Source: Ascidiella aspersa (taxonomy: Eukaryota). Taken from it: a DNA stretch of 64,000 bases. A model generated the notes under the pieces. The model ran no database searches. It was not told the DNA's origin and saw nothing but the letters and a program-made list of their open reading frames with translations. The stretch is taken from NCBI GenBank assembly GCA_963924565.1, contig OZ004607.1, positions 12,338,001 to 12,402,000 on the forward strand, given 5' to 3'. Positions 22,601 through 35,789 of this stretch are shown piece after piece; the stretch's first letter is position 1, and each line of letters starts with the position of its first letter. The position numbers and the translations under genes are program-made.

Positions 22601-24251
22601 GGCCCTTTAACGAGAGGCCGCATATTCCCATGTAACTGTGCAGCGCGTCTACGTTTGGGTAAAAACTAGCCTTGGTGAGTGTCACAAATTTAGCGACTTT
22701 TGCACCGTTCAATTAACGTCTTGTTCGAGAAGTAAAGTCAAACGTTATCCCTAGCAATTACGAGAACTGTTACTGATGTTCACACGGCAAATCTTTTTGC
22801 CTACCATGCTATTATATAAGCATTTAATGCCTGGTGTCTTGCTGCTTATCTCCAGGGAGAAGTGACACGCAGCGTGATGCCTTTTATTCCCCAAATCAGT
22901 GGCCCTTAGGGCCGCAGACTCCTAAACCTATTATATGCACCAACATACCTAAAAATGTGAAAAATCTACGATGTAAACTTTTTCTATAAAGCTCAGGACA
23001 AAAATCGGTCTGAAAAATATCAAAGCAAACCATATACCAAACCAAAAAATATAACGGCTAGACAAGGCGTGTCCCGAAAATAATCTTTGGCCCATATAAT
23101 TCAAGCAACAACAAGATATGTCCCGAAAAAAAAAATTTGTTTCATTTAACTAGACTCAATAGAGCATTTCATTTTTTTCCAAAATATTTTGTAATTCGTT
23201 TAATTACGTTTTCTTTAACAAAATTAGAATTAAAATTACTTAGAATATGAAATAGAATTAAAACAAGAATTAAATTTAATGTTTCACAATTAATTTAGTT
23301 TAAATCGCAACTTATTCTCGTAAGAATGTGAATATCAATATTATTGTGCTAAATTTAAGACGGAAATCCGAATTAGAATAAAAGCTAGAATTAGAGCACC
23401 CAAGCAATTCACATATTATTATAGGTTAGATTTATAAATAGCCGCATTTTGCTTTAGTTTATTGAATTAGAAAACTATATTTTGTATTAGTTGTCCGAGT
23501 GTACATCCAGTACGCATCATTTTATCACGTGCAAAAAAAGAACAACTACAAAGTCAAGTATGATTAATATAACTGGCATATTCAAGTATGATATGAAAAA
23601 CTTTAGCATAAGTCATTTGATTGTCATTGATTTCTAATCTATATTTCTGCTTAGTTACTATATAGAAATAGTGCAAAACAAGAGAGTTGATTTGCAAAAT
23701 GCACTGTGAACTGTATAAATACAAACCACCAAAAATTGATCGACAGATAATGGCGGTAGAGATTCAAACATTAGTAAGACTTTATTAAGATGCGATTTTA
23801 AGTAACGTGATAGTCAAGGCTATAATTTGAGAAACAGTTTAAAAAACTTATTAGGTCATATTGTTTATAAGACAGTTAATCAATACTGATTAAGTGGGCA
23901 ATATTTAAAATATTTGAAAAGCCATTTGTAATAATATTTATAAAAAACAGTGAAATTTAAAAAGTCCACGGAAATTACGATTTATCTATAGGCACTTTGC
24001 AAATAACGAACATAGTTAACAAACAGTTTTAGGATTATAGGTTGGATTGCATTGTCAGCTGTTAGAACTAAGGTTCCCCAAACTAATACAAAAACTTTGA
24101 ATAAACCACAGTATCGAGTACCATTAACCAAACCTAAATTCTGCGGCACTGGGTTATTACCTGTATAGTAGCTAACTTTCGTTTACCTTTCGCAGGTGGC
24201 CTGTATAAGTTTTTTTCTAAACATTTAACAAAAATCTGAAAATTTAACGAA

Positions 24252-25181
24252 ATGCAAGCTGCGGACGAAACAAAGACACATCTAAGTGAAATCAGCGGCA
24301 ACCAACTAAACGACACCAGTGGTAACCTTCTATACCACACCAGTGGTAACTTCTCCCGTTTTAAGCAACCAGAATGGCGGCGGCGGCGGTAGGCGGCATC
24401 GCCATCGTATGTGTAACCTGGATAGGGATTGCCTTTGCTGTGCACGAAATCCGACGCCATAAATGGCAGCGAGCTAATGACAAAAGGAAACCTGGAAACG
24501 TCTTGTCGCCAGTGCTGATCAGCGGCCTTGCCGCCGCCGCCTTCGCCTGGCTCCGACTGGTCAGCAGTCAGTTGTCCTTCAACGTTGGCTACGGGGTTGA
24601 AGATTCACCAGTGTGCGATATCGTCCTCGACTTGTCGGCTGTTTTCTACTCGTGCTTCTACCTCAGTTACTACCTGGCGCTCTGGTTCCGCCTAAATCGG
24701 CTCTACGCAAACGTCGCTCGGATACATACGCTTAGCCCGTGGATGCGACGGTTCAAGTGGCTGACGCTGGTCTTCGCCGCGACCGGCGATGTCGTTTGTT
24801 TTGTGGTGGACACCTACTATCCACTTATACTAGTTCGCGGCGAGACTGCGTCGACCGGCACCAATCACCCGTCGTCTGGCCTCTGTACCTCGTTTTCGCG
24901 GTAGTGCTGCTCTCACTAGCGGCCATGATCTTCCGGTTCCTGCGGCCGCTTCGTTTCCAGCTTCGCGGCAGAAACGCGGCAAAGATCCGGCGAATCGCTA
25001 AGCGTCTCACGGCCACGTCTACGAGCTGGTGTTCGACGTCAACGTGGTGGTTGACCTGCTGTGCGTGCTCCTCACGTTCGTGTCGTGGCGAAGGATCGTG
25101 CTTTGCCGACGCGGGAAGGCTGAACAACCAGTAGGTACACCGCAGCCGTCAGCCCTGACCGCGTCGTCGGGAAACATTTAA
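24252..25181 (+). pseudogene. Frameshifted, partly deleted paralogue of the 318-aa 7TM gene
   Basis: Pieces in different frames align with the intact paralogue: FSRFKQPEW/PGRFKLEW; QLSFNVGYG/QVCFNVGYG; FYLSYYLALWFRLNRLYAN/FYISYYLVIWFRLHNLYEN; MIFRFLRPLRFQLRGRNA/MIFQFLYPLRLHLRGRNA; DLLCVLLTFVSW/NLLCVLLTFECW. Frame breaks near 24380-24395, 24830-24850 and 25010; TM6 is missing. Confidence 0.85.
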
Positions 25182-26942
25182 GAGTCGCGATTTTTGTTGT
25201 TTTTGTAAATAGGTTGATTTAAAGTTTGGTTCTTTATTTTTAAATTGTTTTTTTTTTTTTTTTTTTCTCGAAATTGGTTCGTCTTTCGAAGTCTTTAGGG
25301 AGGGGTACTTGCCTATTTAATTTAATTATAGCCAGTTAAATTTCAATTGTGGTTTTAATTATAACTTTTGTGATTTATGTGAAGCATTTTTTGTTGGGCT
25401 CAAAGTGAGGGTCCATAGAAGGGGATACCACTTATGAGGTTGAGAGCCATTGTCTCACAATATGTAATCGACAACCCATACCCAAACATTTTAGGCGAAA
25501 TGCCGGCCGTCTTAACCGATTCCAATTACGTCATTACAATAGTCAAACAAGCAATGAATATAAAACTGAAATGTGCAAACGTAATGTTTTTCGTGTTGTT
25601 TGGAGAACATGTACATTGTACAATAGCACTAAAATTTGTTGGGTAGCATTGAACTGTGTAAATACCAAGGTAACCAGTTTGTTTAACACCAAAACGTCCA
25701 TAAGTTTACACAATTAATTGAAGTACTATATAGAAGAATAAGTCATATAACCATTGGCAAGGCATCCTATTCAAAGTTTTAAAGGTTGAAAGAACATTTA
25801 TTGAACAAACACCATTTCATTCTTTTCTTGTTTATGTTTAAAATCCACTTTTGTGGTATTGGTTATTGTTACTATCGTTGTGATTTTGACTTCTTTGTAT
25901 TTACACTTTTAATAAGTACAGCCGTTAAGATTAGTGTTGTTTTCTTTGTGAGATCTTGATATAAACGAGGCTATTAACTTTCCTCGTATCGGCAAAACCA
26001 TAACGAAAAGTGCCCGAACATAACATACAGGTGGGATTTCGCTATTCGCAATTGTCAAGTCATAAGTTATGTTTAATTACGGTCGCTTAAATGGCAAGAG
26101 TTTACTCAATTCACAATATAGCTTTCGTAAATATAATACGCCATGAACCGATTAAATACTTAGAAAATGTTTTTTAAATACGTTAGAAATGGTTAAAAGC
26201 ATATTCATCAGTGCTTTTCAATCGCAATGTATTACGTAGGCTTTGGTCTTTACCAAAAGGAAGTAGGCAGATCGAAATTTAATCGTGTAATATCTCAAAA
26301 AGGAAGCAAAACATCGATCAGAAAATTTTACACATTACTCAAAGCAACCTAGCTTAGGATCGGCTTTAAATTTAAACTTATCCAAAGTGACTCACATATG
26401 GTGATACTTACGAGTCTACTCTTCTAAAAGAGTCATAGGTCTTTTCTTAGGTTGAGAATTCTTCTGTATTTGATTAAACGTTATATTGATCAATTTTAAT
26501 AGCTTTGTTTTTTTGCTTTTTGACTCTATAAAAAATTGTAAAGATCCGGTGCAGGTTCGTTTTAACCCTGGCCCGTGGGCCACTTGTAGCCAGCATTATT
26601 ATCTGTGGGCCATGTAAAATTTAGTGATGAACTCATTTCGTTAAAAACCCGAACAGTCTTTGTGTCCCACCTATATGCAGAAAATAGAAAATCAATACAA
26701 GAAAATCAGAGCTTCAGGGATTGAGAGGGCCACGCATTGCTATAGTTTTATTATGAGAAATATATTTGTTACAAACTCTAATAAACATAGAAGACCCACA
26801 TGATCGCGCGTTCACGACTAAACGGGAACTTGAATAGTATCTTACAAAATACATCAAAATCGAAAGCAAACCAGCTGATCCGCACCTTGTTCAACGTAAA
26901 GGATAATGACGTGATCTAAAATATCTTAAATATATATGTAAC

Positions 26943-27104
26943 CAGTGTTTTTTTTAAGGTGTTATGGGGGACCGAAACGGTCCCCCAAATTTCTCCAGCG
27001 GTTTCCCAAATTTTGGACTTGCAACTTTTTGGTATTTAAATGAAACACTTGCGGTATCTTAAAACTACTTAGCGGTCACCCAAACCAAACCTTTAAAAAA
27101 CCTG
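26943..27104. mobile_element. Short hAT-type MITE
   Basis: CAGTGTTTTTTTTAAGG / CCTTTAAAAAACCTG ends; exact 8-bp TSD TATGTAAC. Confidence 0.75.
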
Positions 27105-28121
27105 TATGTAACAAAGTAAGATACATGTAGATTAAAGGTCAAAGAACGAAAAGTTTATAATTTGCACTTCAGATTTACGATATAGACGTTTTTATGAACG
27201 TTTTTTTTTACAACCAATCAACAGGAATACGGCCAATCATGGCCATAGTGAAGATATACCAGTTTAGACTGTTTATGTTTAAACCCTATGAACAAGTGAA
27301 AGTGTTATGTACCATGTGTGGTCAACGTAGCCGTTTCTTAACGCTATTTTAAAGTATTATGCTGCCAAACATGCTTTATCTATTTCAGGATACACGTAAC
27401 CCTGACGTTTATAAGCTGTTGGTATTTTGTAAACTGCAACAATCAGCAGTTTACAGTCACCTTTCGTTATAGCTTTCAGTTATGCCGCCGAGTCATTCGT
27501 CGATTACGCTTTATTGAGCGGGTATAATATTGGTTGGGTATACTGCGTACTTCCTTCTGCGTTGTTTACGCTTCATTGTACGCCAGTTTCCGGTTTAGTA
27601 AAGAGAATTAAGAAAAGTGACGCCCCGCTCTACGCATCTTTTAACCTTACTTTAAATTTGACTTTATCTGTTTTGTCAAGGCACTAGGTGAGCGAGTTGT
27701 GTGGTCTATATGTTTAAGGGTCATTATTAAAAAGGAAGATAATTTAATGGCATAGACGTTTGTGACCACGCTTAAGGTCACGCCGATTAGTTGCTTGTTT
27801 TTTTTTATATATATAGTCGGAAAATTTACTGCAAGAATTCGGTGTCGCGTGGAAAAAAACATTGAATTTGTAAATATTTGGGTCGTATTATTTTTTTAAA
27901 ATTTTACAGCCGCATTGTATTTGTGCAAAGTTCTTTAATGCATTAAAACCCTTTGCGTTATTTAGATTTTTTTGGAAATAAACATTTTTGGCAATAAAAA
28001 AGGTGAATAAGGACAAAACTGCATAGAATTTTCCAACATTTTACATGGTGTTTTTAGCGTATTAATATTGACTCTATAGGGTTCCGCTTTGTTATCATAC
28101 ATAAAAAACATTGTTATACAA

Positions 28122-28399
28122 CAGGGCTACTCAATTATTTTTAGCAAAGCTTCAGTTACAAAAGTTAAAAATTTGCTTAAGTTCGTTATAACTCTCATGA
28201 AATAATTTACAGTCAAACAAAGTGTAATACGGTAAAATTTAAATATGTCCTTCGCTTCAACTTAAACAGCAGCAATTGTTTGCCAAGAAAAAAACTTATC
28301 AAATCGCATTGCTAATAGCCTAAATACTGAGGCCGATAGGTTCGGATTCAAATGAAAAGATCCGCTTTCGGACCTCGGACCGCCAGATGTGTTGCCCTG
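28122..28399. mobile_element. hAT/Charlie-like MITE
   Basis: TIRs CAGGGCTACTCAA / ATGTGTTGCCCTG (TTGAGTTGCCCTG in copy B); imperfect TSD TTATACAA/TTCTACAT. Confidence 0.65.
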
Positions 28400-29058
28400 T
28401 TCTACATTATAGTCTGGACATCCAAATTTCCTGGAAGTAAAGTCTGTTGTTTTTGACTTTTCACAATCTAACGGACATAATTTTTTAGGTATTTTATTAT
28501 CGAAGGTTCATAGAGTTACACATGGTTTAATGCATATTGTCAAACTACAAGCCTTCGGTGTACATGAAGTGTTAATTTTACTTGCAATTGGATATTAACT
28601 TTGAGAAAGCCCAAGTTCAGTGGGCCGCAGCACACCATAGTTGTAGATATTTCGCATCATTTGTACAACGCACTTCTTTTAGGGAAAATCTTATTTTGCA
28701 AAACTATTTTAGATGCTGTTGATTTGCATGCAGGCAACCCGGCGCAGTTAAAATTAACCGTCACGAATAGATAAAACACAATAGAATAATATCCCAAACT
28801 TGAAAGTAACATTTAACTGTTTTATCTTCAACAATAAATCTAAAAATACCATTGTCTAAACTCTAAATCGTAAGGTACAAAGCGAACTAAGTTCTGTATA
28901 TATAAAACTCGGGCTGACTTAACAGTAAACTTGGAGAAAAACGTATAGCCTATAAGCCTATGTTTCATACTTTAAAGGTAATCAAGCAAGAGTCGTATAG
29001 CATACCGGTAGTCCCTGTCAAATAAAAAAGGTGTTGCTCAAAGAGGAGTTTCCAAAAC

Positions 29059-30015
29059 ATGAACTCAAGTCAGACGACACTGATGAACGTGGAAAGTTCC
29101 CCTGGTCGATTTAAGCTGGAGTGGATTTGCGCAGAAATACTCAACATTGTTGAGACTCTGTGCGTAATTTGGATTGGAGTAAACTTTATCGTGTATGGAA
29201 AACGCAACGACAAGTGGAAAATCACACCGCGACAACAGGATCCAAATATCAAGTCAAGGACAGTTTATGTCGCTACACTTTGTGCTATTGTGTTTGCACT
29301 ACTTCGTCTGGTTGCTGACCAAGTATGTTTTAATGTGGGTTATGGTAGACATAATATAAGTTGTGAAATTGTCAGTTATATTTCCTACGCCTTTTTTGCA
29401 TTATTTTACATTAGTTACTACCTAGTTATTTGGTTCAGACTTCATAACTTGTACGAGAACATCTCTTATATACATGCAGTTCAAGTCTGGATCAAGTTTC
29501 TCAAATATTTAATGCTGGTACTTGTAATTTTTTCTTGTTCGTTGTCCACTTGGATTTACGCTGACCAACAGCAGGTGATAGCATCCAATATATATGGTTG
29601 CATTGTGGAGAACCCTGGGGGAGTTATACATTGGTCGCTGAGTGTTGGACTTGGGATAGCTTGGCTTGGACAGGCAATAATGATCTTCCAATTCCTATAC
29701 CCACTTCGTCTTCACTTGCGAGGCAGAAACGCAAATGAAATCCTACGAATTGCTAAACGCTCGGCCATTATTGCAACTGTTGGTGCTGTTACAGACGCCA
29801 CAAGCATGTTACTACTTAAGTTTGTCGTGCCAAACAGCACAATTGTCACCATTAGCCTTCCCGTGTTTGATCTTGTTGTATCCGTTAACTTGTTGTGTGT
29901 TCTGCTTACTTTCGAATGCTGGCCACAAATAGTTACTTGCATTTTAAGGAAGAAGCCTACTAGTGCCGCCGCCAAACCAGGGGTGCCCCATGCTTTGTCG
30001 TTGGAAAACTTGTAA
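29059..30015 (+). CDS. Intronless 7-transmembrane GPCR-like protein, 318 aa
   Basis: Clean ATG-to-stop ORF with seven hydrophobic segments, Cys at the start of TM3 (ISCEI) and in ECL2 (GCIV), N-terminal NSS sequon. No DRY or NPxxY motif, so the family is unassigned. Confidence 0.85.
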   Translation: MNSSQTTLMNVESSPGRFKLEWICAEILNIVETLCVIWIGVNFIVYGKRNDKWKITPRQQDPNIKSRTVYVATLCAIVFALLRLVADQVCFNVGYGRHNISCEIVSYISYAFFALFYISYYLVIWFRLHNLYENISYIHAVQVWIKFLKYLMLVLVIFSCSLSTWIYADQQQVIASNIYGCIVENPGGVIHWSLSVGLGIAWLGQAIMIFQFLYPLRLHLRGRNANEILRIAKRSAIIATVGAVTDATSMLLLKFVVPNSTIVTISLPVFDLVVSVNLLCVLLTFECWPQIVTCILRKKPTSAAAKPGVPHALSLENL

Positions 30016-32769
30016 TTGGGGAAGCGAATTGCTGGGATTTGTGGCAGGGAAATTCATATAAAATAAGGCGACGCTCTTTAAACACCTTTTTAGCTTCTCT
30101 TAAACAATTGTTGTACATACACATACTATTGCTGTCAGGTATTGTTATGATTGTAAAATTGTTGTACATATTCTTGCATGGCAAAAAATGTGTTACAACG
30201 ACGCTCCCTTTAACTGTGGTTTGCTGAATGATATTATGAAGCGATCATTTCTTATCTATCAGGCAAAAATACAGAATTGTATTAAAAAATGCAATAGCTC
30301 CGTATCAGCATGATTAGAATTTCATAATATGATGACATTAGTTTGTGGATGTTATAGGTTAGGGCGCGTAACAGAAAAATGACGTATTCATCCCCAGTTT
30401 CGGGCCATTGAATATTCCTGTTTACAGCGCTTCCTTATTACCTATTTCAAGTTACAAGAGCTTGTAAGAAAAATGTTTGTTTTAAAGGCAGGTTAAATAC
30501 TATTATGAGGGTGATCCTTTAAAAAAAAACTTAATATGGAAAATTTTTTTTATAAATAGTCAAATATCGGAACAAATTGCTGTGTATGCTTAAAAACATT
30601 TATTAAATCTGTAGTCCGCAAATTATTTTTCCTAAGACGCCTAAGGATAAGTTCGTTCAACTTGTGACGCGTACAGTGATACTGTCGTTGGCGTTTTGTT
30701 GTTGTCTCTATGTCTAGCTCACGTCCTATCGTCATACATGGTGAAAAACGTGAAACTGTGAAGACAAAAGAAAGGAGGGGCAGTTATTTGTTCGGAATTA
30801 AATTCTATTGATTTTTAACATTGAGCAACATCTCCTTATATATTTGCATTTTTTTTAGTTTGCACAATTCGTTCAATGTAAGTTTTACAATAACGACGCA
30901 TCACAAGAAAATACGCTTTGAAGTTGTTGCTTATTCACTATTGCTTTCAACAAAAGGCAGGAAATGGGGTGTTCCTAAAGTTGTGATTTGAAAGCTAATG
31001 TTTTGCGTGTGGATAAATCCTTATGCTTTTTGATACGAGGTATTTAAACTCGTGTGTAAACGCGGCTGCGTGATGAGAGAAAAACAGACAAAAACCCAAA
31101 ACGTACCAAATGTTTAAAAGAATTCGGAAATTTAACACGAAATTATTTCGTGCACAACAAAATTAAGTCGTGATTCACAAGTTTAACGCGTTGATTTCAA
31201 ACTATTGAGCTCCAAGCACAAAAATTAAGCTCTTTCAACATTTATCAAAAGATCGTGCGATCGACGTTTAAGCTTAGACTTCATAGATATAGACTATACA
31301 TAATTTGCCAAATGCGATACATAATGATTTAATAAAAAGTAGCATAAAAACAATTTACAGACCTTTCAGTCGACATTTTTACTTATTATTTATATAATTT
31401 TATTTTTATTTTAAAAGTATAATAGATTTTTCACCCGATAAACTAGGCAGAATCAGTTATTATTAAATCCATGTGCCATTTCGTTTTCCATGATTCCAAA
31501 CGGTGGTGATGTCTTTATCGGCAAGGCTTGTTCATATTTTGTCTTCCGTATCACAAGCAAATGCTCTGCTGACGAGATGGAGCGTCTTTCGACGTATCTT
31601 TCGACGAAATCAATTCTTCCAACAGCTAGCTTCTTGCAAGTTCCAAAAACAATAGATTTCAGGCGGTCGTTTGTAGGTGGGTCGTACAGATTAAGGCACA
31701 TCTTTTCTTTGAGCTTCGTTCGACGACTTTTCTTGTAGATATGCGTGAAATTTGAGTTCTTCGATCCTCACTCGGGACACCAATTTGAAGCAGGTGGGGC
31801 TTAATTACAAGTCTCATTAAACTAATTTGCCTCGACCAATCAACCTCACTATTACTTTAAGGTATTGTTGTAGTCTGATTACAAATCCACACAGTTTTTG
31901 TTGGCTGGTGTTGAGCTGGCCAGCCAGAAGCCGGCAAGCAACACAGCCGCTTACTGTATTAACTAGACAAAACTGGTTATATTGATATAAGCTTTCGCAT
32001 ATATAAGTTGAAAGTTTGCATAAAAGAGGAAAGGCAACACCAAAAAAGCGGAAATGATTTATAACCCGGAGCCATTTTGGCAGCCGGGAACTTTAACAAT
32101 AACGCGTTCATACAGGTGAAATACTTTTATCTGTTACGGAAATATGTGTCACGATATAACCTTTATCATGTGTGAAACAGCCGAATGCTCTGTTCTCAGA
32201 ATGACAGCGAGTGTTTGGTAAAAGGCGTGAAAAAGTGACAAATCATAAATCGTAACATATTTGATAAATACACAATACAATAAATTCCAAATTATCCACT
32301 AATTAATACTTATAACGCTACAATACATTTAACACTTTTTACTTATTTCTTTAAATTTATATCAAGTACCGGTATTTTATTGCTACAAATGAGTTAAGAT
32401 ACGAAACAAAATCTCTTGGCGACGCCATTCAAATATTGAAAAAAAGATTCAGGGCGCCACGACGCACACTTTGTGAATCTCTGAAAAGCACATTAAAATG
32501 CTTAAAGATGGAAACATTAATATGCTAAAAAACTTGATGGTAATCCACCCTACTGTCATTCCCAAATTGTTTCGACATCACCAGGAAATTCATAGCGCAA
32601 TGAAATAAGAAGGCTTTACTCTATTGGGTTCAGAGTACATTTTAAACAATGCTTCTCTGTCCTTTGTTTTACTTGTAACACTATACCAAGATAAAAACAG
32701 TTAAAATGTTCTTAATATATACCCCAATGCCGCAAACCACGAACAGTTTACTCGTCCATTCGAAAAAAA

Positions 32770-33267
32770 AACAGAGAGTCAAACCGTTTGACTTTTACGG
32801 TTCAGTGCAGGTTCGATTGCATAACCGGTTCATAAAGTTTCGGTTAGGATATAACAAAAGTTGCGTTGAATCTAAAAAAGGTGGTCAATAAATGTTGAGA
32901 ATAATTATTGTTAAACTGTAACTCGAATTAAATCTGAGTTTCGTGATGTATTGAAAAGCAAGCAGTTCATTATTAAAATTTTCTGGAAAATTAAAAAGAA
33001 ACGTTTTATTTAATACATTTTCATAAACTCTCTAACATGGCATATCTTGACTCAGGTAAATCTAAGTTGTGACGTCATGTTGGAATAAAACACTCTTTTG
33101 AAAGGGCTGAGTTCGGTTAAGGTTCGGGTATTTTCAAAATATTAGGTTCAGTTCCGGTTCGGCACCTTAAAATCTTACAAAAAACAGTTCGATACGGTTA
33201 CGGTTCCGGAAAAATTCGCCCAAAACCGGTTCATAAAAGTCAGGTTCGATTTCAGTTCGACTGCCTG
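32770..33267. mobile_element. Degenerate MITE-like element rich in GGTTCGG motifs
   Basis: Many GGTTC(G/A)G motifs ending in GTTCGACTGCCTG; the reverse-complement end CAGGCAGTCGAAC recurs at 33429. A similar motif cluster is at 6600-6700. Left end uncertain. Confidence 0.4.
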
Positions 33268-35789
33268 ACAAAACGTGTTGAATTACAAAATAGCTTTTGA
33301 CTTATCGGGTGTTTTAAAAATGCAAGAACACCTAAATATAAAAAAAATAATGCCATGTTAAAAGCTATATTTAGAAAACCGCATGACGCAGATGTCAATA
33401 ATTTTTTTCAGACATTTCGTTTTTAAATCAGGCAGTCGAACCGCGTAACATTTTCCGGTTATGATTCACATAGTAGTGCAAAACAAGACAGTTAATTTAC
33501 GAAATTCAGTGTGAGCGGTATAGTAATAAACCCTCAAAAATTGAATGACAGATAGCGATTCGAGCATTATTAAGACTTTATTAAGATGTGTGCTTCATCC
33601 ATTTCAGGATACACGCATTTCTGACGTTTATAAGCTGTTGGTATTTTGTAAACTGTAACAATGAGCAGTTTACAGTCACCTTTCGTTAGAGCTTCCACTT
33701 ATGCCACCCAGGTCAGTATACACCTATAGTGACAATACTTTCGCAGCTTTTCAGAAAGCTGATTTTGAAAAAAAAAAACAATTGTGCTGTAATTTGCTTA
33801 GGCCTATGTTAATTAATACCAAACGGAAAATTCAAACAACCTCACTTCGAGGGCTATTACCGCAGATTGTATATAATACATCGATGTTATGTGGCAAACA
33901 GAGACAAATAACTTCCGGAAGCCGCAATAATATTGAATCAGACATATAAGTTTGGGGTTTTGAGCACCGCTAGATAAAGGTGTAGCCTACACAGGTTGGG
34001 AATCACTGATGTATAGCCTCTGCAAAAATCTTACAAATGAATAAACACAAAAATGACAAACTGATTTGAAAGGATCCAAAAAACACGAGTTAAGCTATAT
34101 TAATTAAATTGTAAAAGGAAGACGGTCATTTTTATAACGGCGTTTTAGACCGACCGGGACGTCGTAAAATGTAAAAGTATAGAAAAATGTGATTTGTTAC
34201 AAAAGCGATCCGGTAACGTTTGGGGTCATTTGTCACTTAAAATCGCGTCAAGTCAGACTTTTAGCTGCAGTTGCCAAGGGATTAATTCCTTATACAATAT
34301 TTGGAAAAGAAAACTACATCTAAAAAAATCGCTAGTGTGGACTATACAAAATTAATTTTAGAATCATCTTGCAATCAAATAATCACTTTATATTTATTTT
34401 ATTTTTTACCGCCTTGAAAAAAATTCCTTCCCAGAGACAGTGACAAACTGTCACTTGACGCCTAAAAGCTTTACTTTAAGAGAAAACTTTCGAACTTTTT
34501 TTGGCTTATGGTCCAATCTGGCGACCAAGTTTTCTAATGCCGTATAAATGCAACTTCTCGCAATGCTTCCCTCCATGATGGGTGAAACTTCATTACACTA
34601 CATTGCCTCTTTATGTATTACCGCGACAAAAAATTTAAATACGACGAGGTATTTGGGGAAGGTTCAAAAAATATATTTGATAAATAGAATTTTGGTATGA
34701 TAATTCGTATACGGTCTTGTTATTAAATTTTGGCCAGCTAACATGTTTAAAAAGCAAATTTAGTTATTCTTTTAAAATGGTTTAACGCTTATGGTTTACT
34801 ATTCGTTTGGCAAGGTTACTCAGTTAATACATTATTTTATTTTATTACAAATTATTCTCTTAAAATGGTTAAACGCCTATAGTTTACTTTTTGGTAAAAC
34901 ATACTTTAAATCTGTTGTTTCGGGCCATATGCAAACCCTTTTATGTGCCTAACAATCAACCTTTTAAATCAAATATTTGCCAATTTAAACCAAATAAACG
35001 CAGTGATTTTAAGATTTATTGTTGTATGACGCCATGTCATGAGGTAACCTTGTAACATCATCCCTAAAATGCATTCATCATCAGTATGCGGGCCGCAAAT
35101 TAAATTCGATTTTTGCTTGCTGCGGCCTTTGTTGAATTTGCTGGTCCGCGAGGAATTCGTTACTGGTCCGTAGCAAGGTTTCCAGATTAAAATTTTGATT
35201 TAAACCCAAACCGTACGTAAAAGCTGGAAAAGGCTAGGTAAAAGTCAAAAACGATTGAAAGTATTTTTTTATCCAAATGACATTAACTTTCGTTTAAATA
35301 TACTCCATGGTTGATTGGCATATAAAAAATCACAATTAGTTTCAAGCACATCCTATAATGCGTTTCTTGATTGTAAAATCTAACTCCTCGTATGCACATA
35401 TCAAAAAAGGGACAAACTATCTTTTTTTATCCTTAACCGTGTTCACCCCAAAGTGCAATAGAATCAAACCATGCAGTGTAAAAAAGGTTACCGACCCCTG
35501 TTTTAGGCCCCAAAACGAAAAGCTATTTTTTTTTTGTTTTATGCGTTATTTTATAACTGAATTTTGTGACGTCATTTTAGAGAAATACAGTCCCTGACTT
35601 TTTGGGAGACTGTTTTTTATTTCTGATTAAGCCACTGATTGTTTATATGTTAAATCCATTTAAATAACAATATAAATTTAATACATCTCGATGTTTAACC
35701 AATTATATACCATAGTAAGGACACTAATAATGAGGGTCAACTGTTCTGTAAAAACTTAAAACTAACAAGCTTGCTGTTACTTATTTCAG

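Larger units (their letters stand above)
1..31664 (+). repeat. Segmental duplication, copy A (continues left of window)
   Basis: Colinear near-identity with 38455-64000: pos 1 ttaaaacacttgaagagaga matches 38455, and 31625-31664 matches the last 40 bp of the window. ORFs occur in pairs throughout the track. Confidence 0.97.
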
